A DNA stretch of 63,112 bases, the filler included, from Intoshia linei (lineage: Eukaryota; Animalia; Orthonectida), in NCBI GenBank assembly GCA_001642005.1. It is 6 parts of 6 records of this genome, joined end to end, with 100 filler letters (N's around TTAATTAATTAA, not from the genome) between each part and the next. Parts side by side here need not be neighbours in the genome. Positions count along the whole stretch, not along the records: positions 15,495 to 43,519 come from LWCA01000422.1; positions 43,620 to 47,783 come from LWCA01001977.1; positions 47,884 to 61,695 come from LWCA01000993.1; 3 more parts are not named here. The stretch is one strand, 5' to 3'. Of this stretch, positions 39,842-55,600 are shown piece by piece. The notes under the pieces were generated by a model. That model saw nothing but the letters and a program-made list of their open reading frames with translations. It was not told the DNA's origin and did not search any database. A program made the translations under genes and the position numbers. Position 1 is the first letter of the stretch. Every line of letters begins with the position of its first letter.

Positions 39842-40737
39842 ATGAATAAGTTTTATGGAGAAGTTATAATTGGTCCACCAGGATCAGGAAAATCAACGTA
39901 TTGTAATGGAAGAAAGCAATTTTTGTTATGCTTTGGTGTAAGAGCAATTATAATAAACTTAGATCCTGGAAATGAAAATTTACCATACGATTGCGACATC
40001 AACATATCAAAATTGATAAAAATGAAAGAATTAATGGAAAATGACGACTTAGGTCCAAATGGAACTATTGTTAAAGCTTATGAATACATAAGTAAGAATT
40101 ACATGTGGGTTATAGACAATATATTACCTTTTATGAACGAAAAAGTTTACTTTTTATTTGATTTACCCGGACAAATCGAATTAGTAACGCATTATGATTA
40201 TACTCACAATATATTTGATCATCTAACCAAAAATCTAAACATTCATCTTTGTGTTGTAAATTTGATAGAATGTACTTGTGCTTGTGACTCAACTAGATTT
40301 ATTCAATCTTGTATAACCTCTTTGATTTGTATGCTACGTTTGAGTCTACCGCAAGTAAACGTTATGAGTAAATCAGATCTATTGCTCAAAATATCTCATA
40401 AATTAAGTTTTAAAATTGATTACTACACGGATGTTTTGAACATGTCTTACCTAATCGACGAAATTCAGGTATATTCATCAAATACATAAAATACAACCAC
40501 TAAACCTAGTCAAGAAACACAAAATTTAAAAAACTCAACAAAGGTATTTGTGCAGTAATAGAAAATTCTAGTTTGGTTTCCTTTATGCTTTTGGATGTTG
40601 AGGTAAAATCTTTAGGCTTAATAACCGTATTTTAGAATAAAGAACTAATGCTCAAATTGGGACTTGAAATAGCAAAAGCAATTGGAAATTATACGCTGTA
40701 CAACCATGATGTTAGAAATCTTGTACATACAATTTAG
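39842..40737 (+). CDS. GPN2: GPN-loop GTPase 2, 3 exons
   Basis: IIGPPGSGKSTYC, INLDPGNENLPY, LGPNG, YFLFDLPGQIEL, LPQVNVMSKSDL, IDYYTDVLNMSYL, KFKKLNKGICAVIENSSLVSF. Confidence 0.93.
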
Positions 40738-40785
40738 TAAATTGTAATTAAATTGTGTAAACATAAATACATAAAGAAACAGGAT

Positions 40786-41657
<872 letters not shown>

Positions 41658-41976
41658 TTATTAAAATCACAAAAAGACAAATTCATAATAAACAAAATAA
41701 ACTTGTAATCATATCAGTAGATACGTGATATTAACTGAATAGCATCTCTTTAAAAGTTTTGCAAGCTAAAAGATATCTTGTCGTTGAATAATTTATATTA
41801 TTAATGATTACCATTTATAACTCGTACGTACTATTCAAATGTTGAGTTCTAATATGATATATTTTAATTATAAATTATAGTTCAGAAATGTTAAAAAAAT
41901 ATTCATATATATTTTTTTAAAATTTCTATAAATACTATTCAAAGTAAATATAATATCACTACCACAACGGTAAAAT

Positions 41977-42190
41977 ATGTTTCAAAAATGGAATTCACTG
42001 AATAAAATCACGAAAACCTGTTTGTCAAATATTTCAATTTATACACGTACAGGAGATGGAGGTATTAATCATCGGTTCATTTAGACATAGTTTTAGGTCA
42101 GTCTGGTCTTTATTCTAAAAAGCGTTTATATAAGGATAACAAGATATTTGAGTTGATTGGGACTGTTGACGAACTAAATTCTTTTGTTGG
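41977..42190 (+). CDS. MMAB: Cob(I)alamin adenosyltransferase, 5' two exons only (rest not found before contig end)
   Basis: Transit-peptide-like N-terminus, then IYTRTGDG|GQSGLYSKKRLYKDNKIFELIGTVDELNSFVG, the PduO/MMAB signature. Confidence 0.9.
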
Positions 42191-42294
42191 GTATTCAATT
42201 GATTCATTTAAATTATAAAACAAGGGTAATAACATTTTGAATAAAATCTCGCTATATCAAAATATGTAATACCGTAAATCAGAAACATGAGTAG

Positions 42295-42666
42295 TAGGGA
42301 ATGATATTCGATTAATCGAAAACCCGGTTAATCGTTTACAATAATCGGAATATATTTCGAATAATCGGATTTTCAAAAATTTATATATGAATACTAAAAT
42401 GCTTTTTTGACCGTGAAATCATCACTTATTCGGATTGATTGATTGATTTGGATTTTTTGTGTGTGTTAACAGGATACAACTGTACCACCTGTAATTTTTT
42501 TTAATTCTAGGGCTGTTTTCATTAAAAAAAGAAGGGTAATTTGTGGTTTTGGCCCTTGAAGATATTGAAGATCTTAAAAATTTTAAATTCCGATTAATCG
42601 GATAATCGTTGTTCAAATAACTGGAATTATTCGATAACTGGTTTTTCGAATAATCAGGACTCTATA
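42295..42666. repeat. MITE-like composite with repeated TAATCG motifs at both ends; interior has an inverted copy at ~61280-61470
   Basis: GATTAATCG/GAATAATCG arrays at 42309-42370 and 42590-42660. GTGTTAACAGGATACAACTGTACCAC is the reverse complement of the sequence at about 61368-61393. Confidence 0.6.
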
Positions 42667-43996
42667 ACGAAGTAGGCTCCATTTTTTTTCAATAAAAAGT
42701 GCAATGTAGCTGCATAAATTGTTAATCGCTTGTAATGTATAGCTTAATATTATTTTTGTTAACATAATCATCATAATAGTCTTCACAAAACAGTAGTTTC
42801 AAGTATTCCTTTAATTTTAATATGGGGCTTCCCAAATATGTATATTATGGAGTCAATTTTTTTGTTTTTTTCTTAGGTGTGTAGTTTTAAATAGAATTAA
42901 AATGCTTTTTTTGCATTGAATATGCTGCGGACTATGAAACTGAAAATATTTTTCAGGAACCCTCTGAATTGTTTTATAGCTGTTATAATAAAGTAATCTA
43001 TTACGATTGTCGCGGGCTTCGCTGATTATAACTGCAAATTTCATGGCGTGTTGTTTTTCTAGTAATACTCTAATTCCCTGATTAATTAATACATTAATTG
43101 ATTTTTTAGTTGACTACATAGGGTTCGTATGGTAGTTTTGGAAGACGATAATATTATTCACCATAGAAGAAATAGCATATTACCGGAGAATAAACAATAT
43201 TACAGGAGAATATTTAATTTAGATAATGAATATTACATAAAAATATAGCATATTACCATTTTCCGTTAAAGTTAAACATCTAAATTCGGTATTTTTTATA
43301 TAATTCAAATTACGAAGAAAATATATATATAAAAATATTTATTTACAAAGATTTACTGAATTATAAACGCTTGTTTGGTCTTTTTAGGTCTACCACGTTT
43401 TTTTTCTGACCCAATAAAATTGATTTTGCCTCTTCGTCTTCGGTAGTCAAATTTAGTAAAAGGAGATCGCTACAATATGGAGGCAATTAAATTTTTTCAT
43501 GTAGTATTGACATGTACATNNNNNNNNNNNNNNNNNNNNNNNNNNNNNNNNNNNNNNNNNNNNTTAATTAATTAANNNNNNNNNNNNNNNNNNNNNNNNN
43601 NNNNNNNNNNNNNNNNNNNCAACCATTTTTACTAAAAATAAAAATTTACCAACCCTTTAGGGAAAATTCCTGTCTTACGAAACCTTAAGGTAAAATTGGA
43701 ATTTTCATTTAAGGTTTGTGAAAATGAATTTTTCAGTTTAAAGTTGGCAAAAGTGGATTTAAATTTGTTAGTAAAAATTGTTGGATTTAAGTAAAAATGA
43801 ATAGATTTTATTAAAAATGATTGGATTTAAGAATATTTTCATATAAATTATCTGCCCACGGGTCGTATAATTGACACCTCTGATATATACGATTATTATA
43901 TTTTCCTAAATATATAATGAGATACTTTACAATCTTAAAAAACAAATTAATGTTTATAAATTGATGATTGCGCACGACAAATTTACAGTAAATCAC

Positions 43997-44856
43997 CTCA
44001 TATTGTTGAATCGGTAAATTCAATTCATTCGCATAATTTTTCAAAAAAGTTACAGCCTCGTCTATTTTAAAAACATAATTAAATTGATTATAAAATATTC
44101 AAGTATTAAGTATTTAAATACACATTATATTTCACTTTATCAAAATAATATCAAAAAAAAGTTTCATTTTGTTGCACTGCGTAATAATAATACTATTTCT
44201 AGGATTTTATTAATTTTTAAAAAAAAAGCAAAACCGGGGGTTTTAGCTATAATATTTTGAAATTTATCATAATATAGATGATTTTAAAACTTTATCAAAT
44301 TTTGTATTTTTTATAATTCTAGGACTGATTTGATTATTAAAAAAAATAATTATGGTTTTGACCTTGAAGGACTCAATTTCTGAATATAAAATTTGCGATA
44401 CAACGGCACCTCGAAAACTGTTATAGAAATATGGAATTTTTAAAACGCGACTCCTCTTATTTTCAAAAAAAAACTTTTTATTTTTTTTACTTTTATTTTA
44501 CTGTACTTACTTTTTTGTATAAACTGGAATAGACAAATAAATAAATAAACAGTAATTAACACTGCTATTCACAAATTCAAGTTGACGGACCACTACTATT
44601 CCGCAAAAAAAAATTATAAATTTAATATTGAACTAAGCAGCAAAAAGTTATTTAGTAATAATATATTTGTAACCTTTCTTAAAAATTAGATTATAAACAA
44701 ACTAACCGTTTGATATGTTAAATTAGTTTTTAATTTTAGTCAATTAATAAAATATCAAAACATGCCATATTTTGGGTTAGGTTGAACAGTTTCAATTTTT
44801 AAATATTGTGCCAATTTTTCAATAGAGTGATCATAATCAAATGCTTTGACTGACAT
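43997..44856 (-). CDS. ACY1: Aminoacylase-1 (M20 family), first two exons; rest not found before contig end
   Basis: MSVKAFDYDHSIEKLAQYLKIETVQPNPKY|DEAVTFLKNYANELNLPIQQYE vs human [23 protein letters not shown]..A..LGL. Requires a GC donor at 44765. Confidence 0.85.
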
Positions 44857-45706
44857 TTAATAAAACCAATACAGTACAAACAATATATTTCAGTTTGTTT
44901 CTTGATGTTGCTATAACCTTAATCGTGTACAGAAATTTCACCATAATTCATCTAAAATATTTTATACGGGAACAATGATATATATTCACTATTTTTGTAA
45001 AGCCAGGCTTATCAACATTCTATATTTATACATCATATTTTACATTATAATATAAAAAAACTTTTAATATTTTTGAATTTAATACAGATTTAATTTAATC
45101 GTTGATCAGCGCAGTTAAATATCTGCGATTTATGAAAAATAAATAATATAGTTTTATATTTTTTAACATTTAATTTGATATTGAATGCACCTAGAAAATA
45201 TTTTTTTAGGGACGAACAACGTTCTATTACCATCGATTTATGTGTGTATCGGATTGCCGAAGAATAAATAATTATTAAAAATGATAAATATCATTAAACC
45301 TATAAGTTTGTGAATGATGTTTAATGGAATAAAGTAATTTTTGGTTAATAACCTCCAACAATTATTTCGAAACATATAAAACGGTTTTACTAAAATCACA
45401 AGATACATTTTTTTGGAATACACAATATACACATTAACATTATTTTTCATGAAATAGTTGCAAAAATCGTTAAACCATTGTATGAAAATTATGGTTAGAT
45501 TCGTCTTCAATATTTACATTATAAAATTTATTTCACAATTTTTAAGAATTAATTAATTTAAAATCCTAAAGACTTGAGCTAAATTAACTTTTTAAACTGT
45601 ATAAATGAATAATAAACTTCACTTTTCCACTATTTTCAATAACAACGCAGAAAATTTAATTATTTAGCAAGAATTCTTAAATTATATACTTTTGTTTACA
45701 CTTATT

Positions 45707-47372
45707 ATGGCACAGGAACGAGAAGAAATGCAAAAGGTAATTTTTATAAATATATCCAGTGAATATTTAATATCATAATTATGGTTATATAAAATAATAT
45801 TCAACATATACTAATAACGGTTTCACATTTTTCCGTTTTATTTATTTTGCTTGTTTTTTTAATTTTAAAATCACTTCAAATGTATATAAAAAACATTTAA
45901 AAAAAATTATTGATCATCAAATGGTATACTAGAGTATTTAGTTTAAAATCTAAACTTTTAGTTATCCCAGTGCACAACAGAAACACTATTTAAAAGTTTT
46001 CATAATAGTTTATTCCTAAATTTTTTGCCAACATGTATTTTACCATTTAAATTTAACAGCTTACCAAATTGTTTGGTAAACGTACGTCCTAGGTAGATAT
46101 ATATACTGTTTGTAGGCAGTGCAGGACCGTGGATAGCCAGCAGTAGGCCCGGTCAGATGGAATTTTTAGGCCCCATATAAAAAAATTTTTTTAAAAAGGA
46201 CATTTATACATTACTTAATCGATTATTCATTATATAAAAATTAAAAATAGCCATTGGAAGTCGCATTGGTTTTCGAAATTTTGGTACACTTAAGACAGTT
46301 TCGAACATTCCATATTAATAAATTTAAAAAGCAAGCCCCTCATGATTGTAGGCCCGGGTCATATGGCCCCTGTCCTCGGTCTTGAGACCATGCAAAACAG
46401 AAAAATTGATTGATAATATTCAGAAATTATTTCTATAAATTGTGTAATATATTTTTAGATTATCAATTTACAAAGACTTACGTCTTTTAAAAACCGAGGT
46501 AATATCGAATGGCGAATCAAAAATATAGAAAAATTGGAAAAAATATTGACGGATAATTTTTTGGAATTGGTTGAAAATTTTCACGAATTGAAAAAAGTAT
46601 GCATACTATTTTATCTAAAATGGAAGACAGTAGCTCTCAACCTTTTCAAGTGTGTCATCCATGAAATCTAACCCCCCACAACATTACCACTTTGAAATAC
46701 TCAAATTGAGAACCACTGATCAAAAGTTATTTCTGCTAACTGTAAAAATGTTGAAGTATTTTTTATATTTTAGTGTAAATTTGAAGTCAACATTGAAACG
46801 GAACTATCAATAATTGATATACATGACGGTTTAGCTAATCTGAAAAAATGGACTAATAAAAAATATGTATTTAATTATAAATGTTAATTGAATGTAGATA
46901 TTAGTTATCTAAGGCGTTTGCAAACACGCTGGATTCTGTTTATATACTTCCTGAACCATTAGGATGCTGTTTGGTCATTACTCCATGGAATTATCCAATT
47001 TATATTGTCTTTAGGAACGTTATTGAACATTTTTTAGCTGGTAATGATATATTATTTTAATTTTTTATTATTATGTATAGGAAATTGTGTTATTTTAAAA
47101 TTGTCTGAGCAAATACCTATTATGAGTGCATATATGAAGAAACTTATTGAAAATGAATTTGACAGTGTACTGACTATTTATATATCTGAGTATAATATTT
47201 TTTAATAGAGCGTTATTAAAGTATACTGTGGGGAAGTCAAACAATCTGAAATGCTCACTAGTTTGAATTTTGATCACATTTCATTTACAGGCTCATCACA
47301 AGTTGGTAAATTGGTTTACCAAAAAGCTGCTGAAAATTTAACTCCTGTTTTATTAGAACTGGGTGGCAAGAA
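45707..47372 (+). CDS. ALDH3: Aldehyde dehydrogenase family 3, 5' part (3' part beyond contig end)
   Basis: IEWRIKNIEKL, LANLKKWT, YILPEPLGCCLVITPWNYP, AGNCVILKLSE, FDHISFTGSSQVGKLVYQKAAENLTPVLLELGGK. Confidence 0.92.
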
Positions 47373-47883
47373 GTTTGCTTTATTTCTAATTAATATTAAT
47401 AATTTATTATTACATTATTTTATTATTTGTGCCTTATTAATTATTTTTATGTACTGAAATTAAACTAGCCAAGGCCCCTAGAGCAGTGGTTCCCAAAAAT
47501 ATATATTGTCGACCCCCCTAACAGTATAAAAATATTTTTAGAGAAGTGAAATTAGTTAAAATAATGAATGTGTTTATTATATTATTATAACAGCGATTAA
47601 AAAAATGTTATCTTTTAATATTACAGGTTTTATTTTCGTTATAAATCATAATTTAATATAGTTGACCCCCTAGTTACTAGGTCCTTGTATTTAAACAATT
47701 GTAAATTTATGATTGTTCTTTTTTGTTTCTATACATGTTATTGTCGCATAAGGGTTAATAACTTTTAAATTTATTATAATTCANNNNNNNNNNNNNNNNN
47801 NNNNNNNNNNNNNNNNNNNNNNNNNNNTTAATTAATTAANNNNNNNNNNNNNNNNNNNNNNNNNNNNNNNNNNNNNNNNNNNN

Positions 47884-48272
47884 AGAGACATCTTTGATGC
47901 AATAATGAAAATGATCTCAAAAGCAAATCTTAACAAACGTAAATTTGTTGGGCTTACTATGGACAGTGTTCTATCTATGATAGGCTCAAAAAAGGAATTG
48001 TAAATTTAATGCAAGAATATTTAAAAAATGGAGATATTTCAATTTCTCTAAAAAACTTTCATTGTATAATCCATTAAGAAGCATTATGTGGAAAATCGAT
48101 GAAACTTAACGATATAATGACATTTGTCATAAAAACGTAAATTTTATTTTGTATAATAAAAATTTAAAATAAATATATTCAAACCAAAAATTCTTAAAAT
48201 TTATTTGTCCGGCCCACCCATCTATTATATATAACAATCCGGCCCGCTATCACAGAAAATTGCCCATCCCTG
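47884..48272 (+). mobile_element. Right end of a decayed hAT (SPIN/Charlie/GTF2IRD2-like) transposon
   Basis: DIFDAI..GLTMDSVLSMIG..FHCIIH*EALCGK with a stop and a frameshift; terminus CGGCCCGC..TTGCCCATCCCTG. Confidence 0.8.
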
Positions 48273-48549
48273 TTTTATAGCTACAGAACAAATTACAAAG
48301 TACAACTATGTTATTAATTAATAACTTATTATGATTGTTATATTTATTACAATGCATTGCAATGTTGGTAAAGGTTCTCGGCAGAGCTAGGATGCTGTTT
48401 GTACAAAGTACATAACAATCAAGCTACTATAATTATATAAATAAGTAAAGATTTATTAAAATATAAAATACATAATTTCTTTTCCATGGATAAGTTGAAT
48501 TAAAATTAAAATTTATTTTGTATTTATTTTTTAAATTTTTCAAATTATT

Positions 48550-50964
48550 ATGTCGGGAAACCTTATCCGAAGATGCACTCATGCTGGCTCCTGGTACACA
48601 GATAATGGTATGTTATTATAAATATTACGCAATTGTACAGTGAACAATGATGCAAATGTACTATTATATAAAATTTTTAACGACATTATGCATATATTAT
48701 ATTAGGGGTTCTCAAACTTATTTGGTCTACCGCCCCTTTTTTAATAATATATTTTTTTAACGCCCTTTGAAAAAATTTTCGACTAGATTGTATAATATTT
48801 ATTTCAAAATTTTAAAATTTTAAAATTTGTTTTTAATTAAACTGATTATGAGATATTTCCGAAGTCGATTTTAATATTAAAAAAAAATTGATATATTTAT
48901 TAATGTTCACTGTTTATCTCAGTGAATCCCAAACTTGCGATAAAACTCTCCCTTTACAACCAAAAAATTCATCAACGCCCCATTCTATATTATATTATTA
49001 TATACTATCTACTAGTACTATATCTTATTTTTTAATATAATAACAAATATCTCGGGTCCCGACATTGAGATAATCTAAGAATATACATGTATACATTGTA
49101 AATCACAATTTGTCATCACAAAAAAACTGCACGAGACATAATGAATTTCATTGAGAAATTTTTTTTAAAGTTGACTAGTAATATAATTGTACTAACCTTT
49201 CCAAGATACAATGCGTAGGTTTTCCGCGGGTTAAAAAAGTCGAATAGCACGATTTGCAATAAATTACTTTGTAAATAAATTTTCCCAAGAATGTAGTCAA
49301 AATCTTCAGAAAATGTTAACAATTAACTTTTTTTTAATAATTTCTAATAAATAAATGCGTAAATAGTATATTATCTTATATTAATGATTTTATAAAGTAA
49401 AATAAGTTGCGTGATGAATTTTATATCTACAAATGATACAATGATCTTTTAAAATTTGGTGTAAGTGATGTAATAATTTTTGCATCATAAAAACATTATA
49501 AAAAATAAAAAAGCTAGGAAAGAGCAGTCAAAATAGTAAAAATCCATAATGTACCGTATAAAATTAAATGGTATTCACTATTCATGCATGCTACATGTAC
49601 TAAGAATGATACTTTAAAAGTGTAAATTAAAAAAAGTTTAAAATGGGATACTCCTGATAATACATGACGTGTAGCTGTAAATTTGGAACAAGAAGTTAAA
49701 GACTACATGTTAAAAGCAAAGAAAGATCCTGTATCAAATTTCGAAGGAAAAGAAAATGTTATGGCTTTCATTACTCCGTATTTTTTATTTAAATATCAAG
49801 TTTCAAATTATTTTGGTTTTTGGTTAAAGTGACATTATGCGTTGATTATAATCAATTATTTGAGACTCAAATTGAGTAAAAGTTTTTGATGCGAAAATGA
49901 ATAATATATTAACCGATATACAAATTATTTGAAATTGATGTGTATATTGTGCATGTCATGTATCGAATTGAATAAAATATTTTAGACATGCCGGTTTAAT
50001 GTACAGTGGACCTACTGCTGGTTACTCCTATAATTGTATTGATGTCTACAAAAAGTTTTACCTTGTAACTTTTATTTTTATTAAATTGCTTAGAAGAAAG
50101 ATTTTTATTTTGGGACCACTTCATGAGGGAGGATCTAAGGAATTGTACCTATCTAAAGCGACTCATTGGGAGACTCCTATCGGAAATTTAGCTGTTGACA
50201 TAAAAAGTACATGTAATATAAAATACTGTAATATTTTTTATTTTAAGTCTACGCTGAATTGGAATCAACAGGAAAATTTCATAGGCTAGGTCTGAAATCT
50301 GACGAAAACGAACATAGTTTAGAACTACAAACTCCATTTCTTGCTACACTTTTTAAAGAGTTTCCAAATTTTATAATAATGTTAAAATTTGTTTAGTCGT
50401 ATTGATGTCACAATAATTCCCATTATAATTTCTTGCATTTCTGCGTCAAACTTGGAAATTTTTGGTGAAATATTTAAAAAATATATGGCGGATGAATCGT
50501 GTATATTTGCTATTTCGTCCGACTTTTGTCATTGGGGTAATTAAGTTAATAATTTTCTGAATTATATTTATTATTAGGCGAACGATTTGGGTATCAGTTT
50601 TATGATAATTCTCAAGGACAAATATTTAAATCTATTGAGAATATGGATATGATGGTGATCAAGTTATATTTTCTAGTTAATTTCATAAATATAGGGAATG
50701 AATATTATTAAAACGTTGAACCCAGATGCGTTCATTAAATACTTGGAAGACTCAAAAAATACAATATGTGGTAGAGAAGCTATTACTCTCATGATGAAGG
50801 TTAGACAATTTCTTTTCTTTTAATTTTCTTAGATAATTAGTATTCTCAACATTGATAATTCTTGGAAAATTCATTTTCTAAAATATCAACAGTCGTCGCA
50901 AGTTACTAATTTTGATGATTCCTCCGTGAGCTATATTAGTGCAGTTGTAGTAAATGATGATTAA
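48550..50964 (+). CDS. MEMO1: Protein MEMO1
   Basis: RRCTHAGSWYT, ITP|HAGLMYSGPTAG, IFILGPLH, ETPIGNL, DENEHSLELQTPF, ISSDFCHWG|ERF, NTICGR, YQQSSQV..DSSVSY. Confidence 0.95.
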
Positions 50965-52621
50965 TTTTGTTATGAAATTAATAAACTATTCTAATGAATA
51001 TTTTATAAATTAGCTTGGTTCCAACACATGGAGTCACCACTGGTGTATGAAAAAAATTTGATTAAGCAGTTTGACAGGTCACATCTGTAAAAACTTATCT
51101 ACCATCCTCTTTATAAAAACTAATGCAATATCAACAAAAAGTACTATGCTTTTCAGAATTGTTATCTGATAGCAACGTTGTTAAGTACTTTTCGGCTCAA
51201 TTTACACCATTTTTATGTGATTGTTATTTATATCAATAATTACCATCTTATGACATTGACATCGATAAACTGGTTCCTTTCATGAAAATATTCTTTACGG
51301 AAAAGGTAATCAAATTTATACCATTAAAAGTACATCATGTATATGTTAATGTTTATTAATATAAGATTATTGATGTTGTTAGTATATAAATAAATTTTCT
51401 ATTGATTGGTTAACCAGTCCATGAATTTTTGCAAAACACCAATAATTAGTGGTAATGGTATTTCCTTCATATCTTTTGTTTCGATTCCTTTAAATTTCGA
51501 GCCTAAGCAATTAGAGTATTTGTCCAAATTAGATTCTGATAAATCTTAATAAAAATATTATTAGTATTATCAATACTGCAAAGTGTAAAATTTGTAAAAT
51601 TAGTGTGGGTCTAAATAACCTTGTACGGCGTACATTGTACAATGTGCATTGGGTGTCACACTTATCTGAGAAACAAGGGTGCTTATTACTCAATGTCTTC
51701 AGTTTTACGTTATAAATATAAATACACATGTGCTACAAAATAAAATTCCTTAAAATCTAATGTGGTCTATGGAGAAACCATTTTAATTGTATCATACCAG
51801 GTACCAGAATTTCAGCCAGCCCTGAAAATGTATGTCGCTCAATTTAATGTTCACCCTGATTATATTCTATTATGATTCTATGTGTATCTATGGTTTTTGC
51901 CTTTTTGATGATGATATCCATATTTAGTTAAATATATTAACTTTTTTAATTTTACCCTAACTCACTTTTGAGGTTTTGGCCAGTGTTCATTATGATGAGT
52001 AATATATTAAAGACAGCTTATATACAGGGTGTTCAACTACCCATAACAGCCAAAATAAAAAAGCGAGCATTTAATTGGAAAAAATAAACATACAGTGAAA
52101 CATGGTCCAGTGAAAAAGAGCCTTACATCTATAGAAACGGATTTTAAAAAATATTTCACAAATAAAGATAAATTTATAATTTTCTTTAATATTTTCGTAT
52201 CAAATAATTAAAATCTTTTCTTCATGATCAATATTTGAATTTGAGGGTTCTTATTTTGAGATGATAATTATATTACATATTTGAATATATTGAGTGATAA
52301 GTTCCAAAAAATTTGACACCCTAATGCACATTGTGCATGTTGACGTGCATACTCACGATATAGAGGAATTAATTAAGATTTATTTATATATTACTGTTAT
52401 GTTTACTTACATGTTAATATGATAATTTGTGGACCTGAATTTTCTTAATTATCTTTGCCCAGTGTGATTGAAGGTATGAAAATTTAAGGTTCGTTGATTA
52501 TCAAATTTATAAAATTAAAATCAATACATTTCAGAAAAATCAGATCACCATATTAAATGATGATGGGATGTAGAAGATGAATTGGGTGTTATTTACCGAG
52601 TAAATTTATCATTTAACATAC

Positions 52622-55600
52622 CTATATCTATATGGGCTTGCAAAGAAAATGTGTATTTAGTGACACCTTCAGGGTAGTACACTTTATTAATTTCCACATC
52701 TTCCATACTGACCATATCATTAACAACATTTTCATTTATCTGTTCTGCAATTGCCAAAGGATTGTCTTCTAAATAAATACCCAATCGATCTTCATATTCA
52801 ACAAATACGCATTCTTGGTTCAAATCAGATATAAGAAACTAAAAATTTTGGTTACATTAAAGTTATTAATTCTTAAGCTCTATTGCAGTGTTTCCGACCT
52901 TTTTTGAACAGTCATCTTCACTTTAACCCCATTCTGTAAAAATTGAGACAATCGCCTCATCAATTTTTTTTTATTTAGGTACATTGGATGAATAAGCGAA
53001 TTACACACAAAATTCAATATGACATGCCATAAAATTATAAATACCGTGTTAAGATAATTCGATAATACAATGTACATCAATATTTTTCAATCGATACACT
53101 CAAGTGGCAATCAACATCTACATAAGTCCAGCAGAAAAATTATGAAGTGGGGTATGGCGCAACCCGTGTGTTTGTTAGTACCATCATTTTGGAGGGTGAA
53201 TATTAATGATTTTAAAATGAAAGGCATTTACGTGCAAAATTGCTTTTTCTAATAAAAAAAGTGGTCACACTACCGTAGCATATATATTTTTTTCAAGTAT
53301 GTTTAAAAATATATGTCAAGTATACCTCATTAAAACCAACTGATGTAGGTTGTATATTCCATACATGTATCAATAAGTAGGATACTATAACGTGATTTAC
53401 AATACTTGGTCTCCATAGTAATAATTTGATTGGATTTGTATTAATCAAATACATGGAAAATGAAAAAAGAATTCCTGAAGAGTTGATACATTTTGAAAAC
53501 GCTACAGCACATTTTTCTCTAACAGCAATTTGGTTAGATTTTAAAAGATCAAATCCGTTTGTATAATATTTTGCTTATTATTATCAATTAATAATGAATA
53601 ATTAATTAAATTGTACCTGACTCAAATGCTTCATATAAGTTATCTATTGCAGGGCAATTGTACAAGCTGGTTTCAGTATCTTCTAAAAGTAAATTTTATT
53701 GTTTCCTCCAAAATTATTGTATATAATCAATTAATTACCTGTGCAAATATAACCTTGCACTGAAAAAACACAAGGATATCCCATACCATCAGACGTGTAT
53801 TCTTGACCGATAACAAGATCGGATTCGTACACATTTTGGATAATTACATTTTTAATGTTGTAATCATATTGATGTGTAACTGCTGGCGAGTCATCGTTAA
53901 TATATATACCTATACGGTCGTTCACTTTGCATTCTACACATTGTTGTTTTATATCTTCCAATCCAATCTATTTAAATTTAAAATCCATAAAATAAAATTT
54001 TAAATTTCAATTAAATTACATTCACTAGTCCGGTTTGTGGGGGGATTATATCCCAAATGTGAATGAGATTATATGTTTCAATTTGACCATTATAATATTT
54101 GGGTCGGAACAGTAAAACCTTCAATGGATCCGTATTTAAAAAGTAGAAGGTAAAGGCAAACAAACGACCTTTTCTCTGAATGTCTTGAGCAAATATGAAC
54201 GCGGAAATATTCCAGTTTACAGATTCATGTTTTGAAAGAGGTTTATATCCGACTTGTTCGAATCTACCAGCATTTTCTAAATAATTTTTTTTTAAAAATA
54301 TTTATATTTTATACTTACCACTTTTTTCCTTTTGTTTTGGTATAGTAATGTCAATGGGGCAATCTGATGTTTGGTCAATTTTTCCTTCTCGGATAACTAC
54401 AATTGAATTAAAATTTTAGATCATTTTATTATTTACAATTCCTTAACATTTCTAAATTTCTCATACACTGCTAGAAAAAAGTTTGGGATATTCATAAAAT
54501 ATTATATAAATAGTTGTTAAAATCATTTAAATATATTTATTTTTTTTATAAATGGTGTATAAAATAAAGTAATGTAAAATAAAAAAGTGTCCCAAAATTT
54601 TGATTAATTATAAATTAAAGCTTAATTAGACAGGTAATTATTTAATTTTTTTTATTTTTCTTTTATAGTGAATCATTTTTAACAGTATGTAGATGATAAT
54701 GAAAAACGAAAAATCACGCAATTAGTTTTGGCGAATCAAAACGTGTCTGAAATTGCTAGGATTATCAATAGAAGTAGGCATGCCATAAATAATTTCATAA
54801 GAGGTGTGGACACAACTGGTAAATGCAGAATTGGACGTCTAATGTGTTTAAATGAACGATAAATTAAGACAATACGACGTAAGGCTTCAAATTTCACCTT
54901 GTCTTCGGATGTCATACGTAGAGAACTGAACCTTTCCTGCTTACTTCGCACTATTCTAAACGTAATAAATAGTGCTTCAAACCTAACTCGACAAAAATTG
55001 AAATGTACCCCACATTTAACTGCAGGTCACAAAAACATGAGATTGCTTTTTGGTAAAAATAACATGGCCACAGATTGGAGCCGTATTTTTTATTCAGCTG
55101 AAAAAAGATTCAACTTGGATGGCCCAGATGGTTTAGCATATTATTGGCGAGACAAAAATTTACCTCCATTGTCGAGAATACGACGACAATGTAAAGGTGG
55201 CGGTGTAATGGTATGGGGCTGCATTTGGTAAAAATAGCAGATCAGAGATATGCTTCATAGAAGGGACAATGAATTGTGTAAAATACACAAAAGTGTTATA
55301 AGACTATTTATTAAATTGCAGGGATTATTTTGATGGGTTCCAACAAGACAATGCTTCAGTACACGTATCTAAATATACAAAAGAGTGGTTATCAAACAAA
55401 GGAATACATTTATTAAAATGGCCTGCTTGTAACCCTGACCTCAATCCAATCGAAAATTTATGGGGAATTTTTTCAAGAGATATATACTCACACAATAAAC
55501 AATATTCATCATTAAAAGATATCAAATTATCCATTATAGCAGCATGGGGTAATATTACACAAGATGTAATTAATAACCTCATTAATTCGATGCCAAATCG

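Noticed and set aside
51000-51510. Possible terminal exons of the five-repeat gene (GSKFKGIETKDMKEIPLPLII..)
   Set aside because: The first acceptor is in a compatible phase, but no convincing continuation to a stop was found; left out of the gene model.
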